Source: an uncultured Bacteroidales bacterium (GTDB lineage: Bacteria > Bacteroidota > Bacteroidia > Bacteroidales > PUMT01). From it: a stretch of DNA of 64,000 nucleotides. Of the stretch, positions 56,822-64,000 are shown piece by piece; position 1 is the stretch's first letter; each line of letters opens with the position of its first letter. Below the pieces are notes generated by a model. That model was not told the origin of the DNA and made no database searches. It worked only from the letters and a program-made list of their open reading frames with translations. The DNA lies in the NCBI GenBank assembly GCA_964421595.1, contig CAYQXY010000003.1, positions 53,053 through 117,052 of the forward strand. Direction: 5' to 3'. Position numbers and translations under genes: made by a program.

Positions 56822-57200
56822 TTTCCTGAATGAATTTCTGAATAAGTTCCCTGAGTTTCAAATTTATAAAATCGAAGGCATAAACAGAACCGGAATTATA
56901 AATTATCATAAAGTCAATTTTCAGGTTATTGTTCTCAAGGGCTTCATGAAGGATCTCCCTGTTTCTCCTGTATGATTCCCTTACCAGCCTCTTGACAAGG
57001 TTTCTCTTTACTGCCTTCCGGATACGCCGTACAGGAACACTGATAGCAATCGTCGCAGGATGCAATGCCCCGGAACCTGAATTAAGCCAGACCATCCGAA
57101 AAGGATAATGATAAACGCTGTTACCTTCAGTAAACAGTTTTCCAATGATTTTCCGGCTGCCAAGACGTTCAGTTTTTCTAAATTTTCCCATAAAGATCAT
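56796..57200 (-). CDS. rnpA: ribonuclease P protein component
   Basis: A basic 134-aa protein containing [18 protein letters not shown] (RNR motif). It overlaps yidD by 26 nt. Confidence 0.8.
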   Translation of the reverse strand: MIFMGKFRKTERLGSRKIIGKLFTEGNSVYHYPFRMVWLNSGSGALHPATIAISVPVRRIRKAVKRNLVKRLVRESYRRNREILHEALENNNLKIDFMIIYNSGSVYAFDFINLKLRELIQKFIQENATGQDIL

Positions 57201-57314
57201 ATATCCCGGAAAAAGGCTTAAAACCGGTATTCCCCGGACATAACCCGTAAAGTGAGTAGTAACGATTTTGCCAACTGCCAGTCTGCGACCATCAGGATGC
57301 AGACCATCTGGGTA

Positions 57315-58082
57315 TTATTTTCCGTGACCGTTTTTGTTATATTCTTTGATGAAAATTTCAAGTGCCATGGTCATTGAGGGCGCCTTGACAGACGGTGCTT
57401 CAATGTCAAGCCGCAACCCTGCTTTTTTTATAGCCTTGGCAGTGTGTGGACCAAAACAGGCAATCTTAGTATCGTTCTGAACAAAATCCGGAAAATTATG
57501 GAAAAGGGATTTTATCCCGGAAGGACTGTAAAACACAAGCACATCATAATTAACATCGGTCAGGTCAGAAAGATCGCTGCTGACGGTTCTGTAAAGAATG
57601 GCTTTTGTATATTTAATCTTGTTTTTATCGAGTATTCTGGGAATTTCGGGTTTATGAATATCGGAAAGCGGAACCAGGAACTTTTCTGCCGAATGCTTGC
57701 TTATAACTTGTTCTACAAGGTCTTTGAATACGTTACTTCCATAAAATATTTTACGCTTACGGTAAACAATATACTTCTGCAAATACAATGCTATTGATTC
57801 AGATATACAGAAATACTTCATGGTATCAGGCACAACCAGCCTTATTTCCTCAGCAATTCTAAAAAAATGATCAATTGCGGTGCGACTTGTAAAGATAACA
57901 CCCGTATGCTCAAGTATATCAATACGTTCCTGCCGGAATTCCCTGGCAGGAATACCTTCAACTTTAATAAAAGGCCGGAAATCAATTTTAAGATTATTTC
58001 TTTCTGCCAGCTCCAGATAAGGAGACTTGTCATTCACAGGTTTTGGCTGTGACACCAATATCTTTTTTATTTTCAAGGCCAT
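57315..58082 (-). CDS. hemD: uroporphyrinogen-III synthase (HemD family)
   Basis: The sequence KKILVSQPKP...HTGVIFTSRTAIDHFF and the duplicated flavodoxin-like halves are typical of the Bacteroidota HemD-like protein. Confidence 0.7.
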   Translation of the reverse strand: MALKIKKILVSQPKPVNDKSPYLELAERNNLKIDFRPFIKVEGIPAREFRQERIDILEHTGVIFTSRTAIDHFFRIAEEIRLVVPDTMKYFCISESIALYLQKYIVYRKRKIFYGSNVFKDLVEQVISKHSAEKFLVPLSDIHKPEIPRILDKNKIKYTKAILYRTVSSDLSDLTDVNYDVLVFYSPSGIKSLFHNFPDFVQNDTKIACFGPHTAKAIKKAGLRLDIEAPSVKAPSMTMALEIFIKEYNKNGHGK

Positions 58083-58119
58083 AGAGTTTTTAAATGAAAA
58101 AACCAGCTTTATCCTTTCA

Positions 58120-59496
58120 CTACATAAAAAATGTTTGAACCACTTTGTATATAACCATTATCGGGAAAATTTCGAAGGCACAAAGGTACAAAATCAAATA
58201 AAAAATTGAAAAATCTTTTCTGACTATTATTTCGAACCCCCTGAACAGTTGCAACAAATAAAATACCCCGCCCAGTGCCAATCCTGCATAGATTATTGTA
58301 TCATGTATGACATCAGAGCCATAAAGTATGCCAACAACAAGGGGAAGCAGCAGCAGGCCATAAATTTTATTATACAGGGATATATTGTAGCTGTATTCTG
58401 AGAAAAGCCTCTGCTTGTCAAATAAAAAACCAAGCAGTTTCAGAGAAAAAGATTTTAACATATACAACAAGACCAGACATGCAAAGGCTCCAAGGAATAA
58501 AAGGACAGGTTTAATGTCGGGAAGATCCAGATTGAAAAATCCTGAAACAAACAAAAGGAACAATCCTCCGTTTATCGCAAATATTACATTCAGAATAAGG
58601 AAAGCATTCTGTGCTGGCGCATTTTTGCCATGGTAAAGTTTAACCGATTCTTTATAGTTGAATGCCGAGACCAGAACAGGAGTAAGAAATTGAACATAAA
58701 TAAGTTTGATCCAGGCCAGAAGTAAAAGGGACAAGATTACCAGTGCAGGTATCCAAATAGTGGACTGATGAATCTCAAAAGACATATTCGACTCATTATC
58801 TTCTTGAATATATGCTATATAAGCTCCGTTAGCTTTATTGATACTTGAAGGATTGGGTTGATTAAAAACAGTATATGGCCCGGAAAGTTCACTCCCATCC
58901 TTGCTTTTTGAGGGAAAAAGATACTGGTTCGAATCAAATTTCCGGCCATTCTCAAGAAATTCCGATGCATCATACCTGAACGTCTTCTCAGGTATAATTT
59001 TTATTTCATTTTCTTTTACGGGTGCAGGCCTGGCAGGAGCGACAGTCGATGAGATGCGTGAACTATCAATCTGTCTCTCTCTGGTCTCAATTCTATCCCA
59101 AACAGAGTTTTGCAATGAATCAGATCCTGAGGAAGTAAGATTAACAGAACCGGAAGCATTGATATTGCCAGGAGTATCAGAAATTATTCCTGTACTGTCG
59201 GGTACTGCAAGAACAGCGTTTTGAATTTCAATGGTCTTAAGAGTATCCTGCTGATTTTCCAGACTTGATTCGGGTAAGGTACTTATCTCAGTCACAGGTG
59301 GTATTTGCAAAAGCGTATCTGGCAACTCAGGTGAACCTGAGTCGCCGACTAAGGTATCTGATGCAGGACTGGAAAGATTCACGGGATCCTGACCAATGTA
59401 TACCGGCACCTCATCTTCCAAAACCACTCCTTGCCCGGCATGATTGCCGGTAAGTGATAACAATTCTTCAGCTTTCTCTCTTCTATCCCTTTCCAT
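58120..59496 (-). CDS. membrane protein, DUF4271-like (disordered S/P/T-rich N-terminal half, 6-TM C-terminal half)
   Basis: The architecture and the position upstream of hemD match what I recall for DUF4271 proteins in Bacteroidota. This rests on memory only. Confidence 0.55.
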   Translation of the reverse strand: MERDRREKAEELLSLTGNHAGQGVVLEDEVPVYIGQDPVNLSSPASDTLVGDSGSPELPDTLLQIPPVTEISTLPESSLENQQDTLKTIEIQNAVLAVPDSTGIISDTPGNINASGSVNLTSSGSDSLQNSVWDRIETRERQIDSSRISSTVAPARPAPVKENEIKIIPEKTFRYDASEFLENGRKFDSNQYLFPSKSKDGSELSGPYTVFNQPNPSSINKANGAYIAYIQEDNESNMSFEIHQSTIWIPALVILSLLLLAWIKLIYVQFLTPVLVSAFNYKESVKLYHGKNAPAQNAFLILNVIFAINGGLFLLFVSGFFNLDLPDIKPVLLFLGAFACLVLLYMLKSFSLKLLGFLFDKQRLFSEYSYNISLYNKIYGLLLLPLVVGILYGSDVIHDTIIYAGLALGGVFYLLQLFRGFEIIVRKDFSIFYLILYLCAFEIFPIMVIYKVVQTFFM

Positions 59497-59857
59497 GTAA
59501 TCGGTTTCAGTTGAAAAATCGAGGCAAAATTACTAAAATCCTGATCAATTCCAAGAATTGACCATTAATCTGAACTTACTGCAAATATGGAATTGGCTAA
59601 GGATAATAGATATTAACTCAATACTTTAAACGTCAAAACAGAGTTTGGGGTTTCAAAAAAATATTTCTATCTAGATTAAAATAAATATTGTTTTTCCGGG
59701 ATTTATTCAGGGCTGAATTTCATTATATATTTAAGCACTGTCAGAAAATCGCTTTATGCATTTACCGAAAAGCAAAGCGTCTGGCCACTCCTGTCCGGAT
59801 AATTTCCTGCTTAAACATTAAAGCAGGATATACCGGGTAAATCTGCAGCCTCTAAAT

Positions 59858-61264
59858 CTATTCAACCTCAACTTTATTCTGATGCATATTTCCTCTTGCG
59901 TATGAGGCATATATACCAAATATACAAAGTCCGAAAAACAACCAGAAGGCTACTTTAATACTAAGCAGGAAATCTGGTGAATTCTCTACTGTAACCGGAA
60001 CTCTTCCTATAAAAAATGACATTATCAGCATCACAATTCCCATGGAAAACATTTGTCCGAGTAACCTCATCGTACCCATTGTTCCGGAGGCAATGCCATA
60101 ATGTTTCTTACTTACCGAACTCATAATCGCATTACTGTTTGGTGAAGAAAAAAGTCCAAAACCCGTTCCCAGCAGTATTAATGTTGAAACAAGCAAGGGA
60201 ATGCTCATACTGTTTACGAATACCAGCATAAAAAGGCCGATTGAGGTAATTGTCATTCCGGCTGTGGCAAGGAGGCGCGGCTCAACCCTGTCGGACAATT
60301 TACCGGCCAGTGGCGAAACCACTGCCATTATAACAGGCTGGGAAAGCAGGATCAATCCGGCATCCCGGGCTGAATAATCTTTAATATACTGCAGAAAAAG
60401 ACTTAATATAAATCCAACTGCAAAGGTAGCGCTGTAGTTTATCAGTGCTGCTGTATTTGACCAGGCAAAAATCGTGTTATTCCTGAAAAGATTCAGTTGC
60501 ATTACCGGAAACGGATTTCGAAGTTCATACATGATAAAAATGAAAATTCCGGCTACTCCAGGTATAAGGAGAAAAAAGCCAACAGATGAAGGAAGCCGGC
60601 TCAGTCCGTAAATCAGCATGCAAAGAGAGGCCCCGTAGATCAGTGATCCTTTCCAGTCAAATGGTTCACCGGCCGATTCTGCCCATTCGCCTTTTACTTT
60701 TCTCAGCAGGAAGTATATACATGTAATACCAAGCAGGACAGTAAAGAGAAATATGCTTCGCCAACCCAGGTATTCGGTCAGGATACCGCCGGCAAACGGC
60801 CCGACCGACAATCCCGTGTATACAGAAGCTATCGTCATGCCTATTGCCTTTCCTCTTTCACGCACCGGGAAGACCGATGTTACAATTGCTATACCTGTGG
60901 CAAAGATCATAGAACTGCCCATGCCCTGGAACACACGAAAGACAAGGAGAGTGGATATATTGGGAGCAATGGAAGAGACAAGCGAGGAGAGTGTGAAAAT
61001 TATCATTCCCGAGAGAAACACTTTTTTTCTTCCGTGTATGTCAGCAAGACGGCCAAATGGTAAAAGAAATACTGCACTTGAAAGCAGGTAGGCTGTTGCA
61101 ATCCAGCCAAGTAAAATAGCATCGGTATTGAACTCTTTGCCAATTGAGGGTAAAGCAAGATTAATTGCCGATCCCATAAAGGGAGTCAGGAATGCTGAAA
61201 TTACCGCTACAAATAAAATAGACGACTTCTGTCCGTCAACTGTATCATCACCTGTCATAGTCAA
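59858..61264 (-). CDS. MFS transporter, DHA2 (14-TM, EmrB/QacA-like) type
   Basis: The MFS motif GRLADIHGRKK is present. About 14 hydrophobic segments are predicted. Length is 468 aa. Confidence 0.85.
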   Translation of the reverse strand: MTMTGDDTVDGQKSSILFVAVISAFLTPFMGSAINLALPSIGKEFNTDAILLGWIATAYLLSSAVFLLPFGRLADIHGRKKVFLSGMIIFTLSSLVSSIAPNISTLLVFRVFQGMGSSMIFATGIAIVTSVFPVRERGKAIGMTIASVYTGLSVGPFAGGILTEYLGWRSIFLFTVLLGITCIYFLLRKVKGEWAESAGEPFDWKGSLIYGASLCMLIYGLSRLPSSVGFFLLIPGVAGIFIFIMYELRNPFPVMQLNLFRNNTIFAWSNTAALINYSATFAVGFILSLFLQYIKDYSARDAGLILLSQPVIMAVVSPLAGKLSDRVEPRLLATAGMTITSIGLFMLVFVNSMSIPLLVSTLILLGTGFGLFSSPNSNAIMSSVSKKHYGIASGTMGTMRLLGQMFSMGIVMLIMSFFIGRVPVTVENSPDFLLSIKVAFWLFFGLCIFGIYASYARGNMHQNKVEVE

Positions 61265-61576
61265 ACTAAAAATGTAAAGGTAGTGTATTGTTGTGAACCA
61301 CCTCCTTCTATTTTTGCGCCATTTGGCAATGGGGTAGAAAAAAATCTTTGCAAGGTTTATAAGTATGATCGGTACTTAAAAATTTTATCACCCGGTAACC
61401 AGGGCGCAAAAAAATGAACAATGTGATCCGATTGCTACAACCAGGCGACTAAAAGCTTTTTCTTCCATATTTATCAAACATGCCATTATATATTTCGGAA
61501 TAAACCTTTTTCATTACTTAAATCAAGAGTTTACATTTACATGGTACTGCAATTTTAAATCAGGCGGGTATAAGTT

Positions 61577-62029
61577 TCATTCCTTGTTCCTTGAATCGAT
61601 AATAATGGTAACCGGGCCACTGTTAATTAGTTCAACATCCATTTCTGCTCCAAACTCCCCGGTCTTAACATCCCTGCCGCTGTATTCAGCTATCTTTTCG
61701 ACGAAGCTGTTGTATAGCGGAATTGCATGGTCAGGGCCTGCGGCCTGGATATAGGAGGGACGGTTCCCCTTTCTGGTTTTTGCATGCAGAGTGAATTGAC
61801 TAATAATCAGAAGACTTCCACCCGATTGTTTAATGTCATGGTTCATCACGCCATTTGCATCGTCAAAAATTCTCAGCCCGGAAATTTTCCGGCTCAACCA
61901 ATCTGCATCGTCAGTGGTATCTGCCTGCTCAATTCCCAGAAAAACGAGTAATCCGCTTTCAACCGAAGATATAACCTGGCCCCCTGTTTTTACTGAGGCT
62001 GATTTAACCCGTTGAATAACTGCTCTCAT
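61577..62029 (-). CDS. dtd: D-aminoacyl-tRNA deacylase
   Basis: The protein starts MRAVIQRV, contains SQFTL and the C-terminal NSGPVT motif, and is 150 aa long. Confidence 0.95.
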   Translation of the reverse strand: MRAVIQRVKSASVKTGGQVISSVESGLLVFLGIEQADTTDDADWLSRKISGLRIFDDANGVMNHDIKQSGGSLLIISQFTLHAKTRKGNRPSYIQAAGPDHAIPLYNSFVEKIAEYSGRDVKTGEFGAEMDVELINSGPVTIIIDSRNKE

Positions 62030-62568
62030 AATACATTATATTAAAGTATCAGTTCAATAATATGTGACAGTTGACAAGTTTACAGATGTTTATTGTTAAT
62101 ATACAAATAGCTCTTGCCGGCATACTGTCGGTGGAAATTCAAAATCAGACTGGTGTAATGCATTGTTTAGAGTCAGCAACCAATTTATACGACTCAGGAA
62201 AATCTGTTCAATTTATATCGGCAGGCCGGCAGTGTTAAATATACCCTGCTGATCATTAACGCGTTTACATGGTCTGGTTCAAGTATTAATAAAAAGGCCT
62301 TAAACATCGCACCTTTAGAAATATTTTAAGATGGTTCCAAAGATGAATAAACAGAATGCAGACCAATTTAGTAAAAATTATTAAATCAGACCGGATAGAA
62401 TGTTTCCGGATAATACTCGCGGCAAAAAAAATTGTTATCAATTTAAAAAATGTATTTTTATGACCAGTAATCTCTAATAATTAACAGATATCTTCAGGTA
62501 ACCTGTATGTGTCAGATTCTTTAAGCAGCTGCAATACAGTTTTCCTGGCTAAATTGAAAATTAAAAAA

Positions 62569-64000
62569 ATGCGCAAACCCGTTTTATTTCTTGCATCACT
62601 TTTTATCACTGCAAATATTCTTGCAGATACTTTAACCATGCCTCAATGGCTTGTAGTTTCCGGGCCTCAACCATATATGCCGGCCTTTTCAGAAACAGAA
62701 AATATAAAAGGAAAGACCTTTTCAGAAAAGGACTTGTTTTCGTTTAGTCAGGTTGATTTCTCCGGTTATTTTCCCGAAGAGGGCAAATTTCTTCCCGGAG
62801 TTCCCGGAAACGAATCTAAATGGACTGTGGAAATGGCAGATGAGTCCGGATCTGTCAATCTTGAAAAGCCCGTTCAAGGCACATATGCGGTGAAATATCT
62901 CGCGGCTTATTTAACACTGGACAGATGGACAGAAGTAGGGATTGAACTTCACAGCCGCCAGATGATTGAAGTTTACCTCAATGGCAAAAAGCTGGATTCG
63001 AAATCATCGGTTGAGAAAACAGATAAAGAACCGGGCAAATTATCGGAAAAAGCCGGACTAGCTGCAGGAAAGCACCTCTTAATGGTTAAGACATTCTATA
63101 CAAGTGATGAAGATAGTCCCTGGCTGATAAAGGGTATTATCAATCTGCCCGATTATACAACGCTTTCCGATGCCGGCACTGAACTTCATCCCCGACAGGG
63201 AAAAAATATTCACCATCTGCTTGATGGAATCAAAACCACTTCTGCTTCGCTTTCTCCTGAGGGAAAATTCTATGCCATAAGTTACAGACGGACACTGCCT
63301 CCTTCAGACAAGTCTGAAAGCTGGACAGACATAAAGAGGGTAAGTGATTCGAGACTTGTCCAGTCCTTTCGCCATGCATCTGTACAGTCCATTTCATGGG
63401 CCCCGTCCGGGAATTTATTTTCCTACAGGACCACCAGGGATGGAAAATCAAGTATCTGGGTTTTTGATATCGAAAGTGGTACCCAAACGGCCGTGCTGGA
63501 AGATGTTGAAGATTTCGGGTCATATTCATGGTCGCCCGATACCCGGTTCCTGATCTATTCAATACGTGAACAGGAAACAGGAGCCAGCGAAGACCTGAAA
63601 AGATTGCTGGGTATGCAGGACCGGCTTCCGGGTTTCCGTGCCAGGCAATTCCTTTACAAAGTAGATATTGCAACGGGTACAAGGCAGAGGCTGACTCACG
63701 GACATATCACCACCTCATTGCAGGATATCAGTCCCGACAGTAAAAAGATACTTTTCAGTCAGAGTCGCCCTGATTATCTTGAAAGACCTTACTCCAAACA
63801 GGATCTGTTTATTATGGATCTCCAGACGGGCAGCACCGATACATTGTTCAAGGATTTGAGATGGGGTGTTTCCGGCACTTTTTCTCCTGATGGAGAGCAT
63901 CTGTTGTTAACCGGTGGACCATCTGCCTTTGGCTCTTTAGGTGAAAATGTACCCGACGAAGTGATTCCTAATAATTATGACCGGCAGGCATATATTTACG
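62569..64000 (+). CDS. S9-family peptidase-like protein, N-terminal part (signal peptide plus beta-propeller); continues beyond window
   Basis: This ORF is not in the track because it has no stop. I translated from the ATG at 62569 (MRKPVLFLASLFITANILA) and saw no stop to base 64000. PD40/DPP-IV-like blades recur (SLSPEGKFYAISY, ISWAPSGNLFSY, YSWSPDTRFLIY, ISPDSKKILFS, TFSPDGEHLLL). The minus-strand ORFs here are shadows. Confidence 0.7.
   Translation, partial: MRKPVLFLASLFITANILADTLTMPQWLVVSGPQPYMPAFSETENIKGKTFSEKDLFSFSQVDFSGYFPEEGKFLPGVPGNESKWTVEMADESGSVNLEKPVQGTYAVKYLAAYLTLDRWTEVGIELHSRQMIEVYLNGKKLDSKSSVEKTDKEPGKLSEKAGLAAGKHLLMVKTFYTSDEDSPWLIKGIINLPDYTTLSDAGTELHPRQGKNIHHLLDGIKTTSASLSPEGKFYAISYRRTLPPSDKSESWTDIKRVSDSRLVQSFRHASVQSISWAPSGNLFSYRTTRDGKSSIWVFDIESGTQTAVLEDVEDFGSYSWSPDTRFLIYSIREQETGASEDLKRLLGMQDRLPGFRARQFLYKVDIATGTRQRLTHGHITTSLQDISPDSKKILFSQSRPDYLERPYSKQDLFIMDLQTGSTDTLFKDLRWGVSGTFSPDGEHLLLTGGPSAFGSLGENVPDEVIPNNYDRQAYIY

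Noticed and set aside
63230-63900. Minus-strand ORFs 63230..63682 and 63715..63900
   Set aside because: They lie opposite the open-ended plus-strand S9-peptidase-like frame, which shows repeated propeller-blade motifs. They are shadows.

Overview
This is a 64-kb chromosomal segment, probably from a Bacteroidota genome. That placement is an inference from TAnnTTTG-type -7 boxes, missing Shine-Dalgarno sites, a split atpBEFHAG / atpDC arrangement, and DUF4271-hemD and yceD-rpmF-plsX synteny. All annotation comes from reading the sequence and ORF track and from remembered family motifs; no searches were run.

Most of the window is housekeeping:
- F-type ATP synthase in two blocks
- polA, dtd, rnpA-yidD, queD, hemD, plsX, L32 and yciH
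- transporters: AbgT, NhaP2, YidE-like, Na/Pi, MFS and MMPL
- three sensor/regulator genes

The left end holds a nitrite/N-oxide cluster: hcp, an alginate-export-like porin, a small BFD-type 2Fe-2S ORF absent from the ORF track, a cupin, and nrfHA.

The most unusual region is 18.3-24.0 kb, next to tRNA-Arg(CCT).
- Copies of the tRNA 3' end and of its terminator module are repeated there.
- These copies delimit small islets. One carries blaI-blaR1 plus crcB, one carries hicAB, and one carries an MNT-like nucleotidyltransferase with a PIN-like gene.
- Both toxin-type genes are broken by in-frame TAA codons.
- The region also contains an alcohol-dehydrogenase relic and a response-regulator relic.
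- No integrase is visible.

Other points of interest:
- a signal-less protein with five ~70-aa repeats and a GH16-like domain lacking both catalytic Glu
- a 976-aa HExxH / beta-propeller / beta-barrel fusion
- a three-copy MITE/REP-like hairpin element
- a near-perfect 2 x 111-bp tandem repeat

I did not find a clearly novel multi-gene system.
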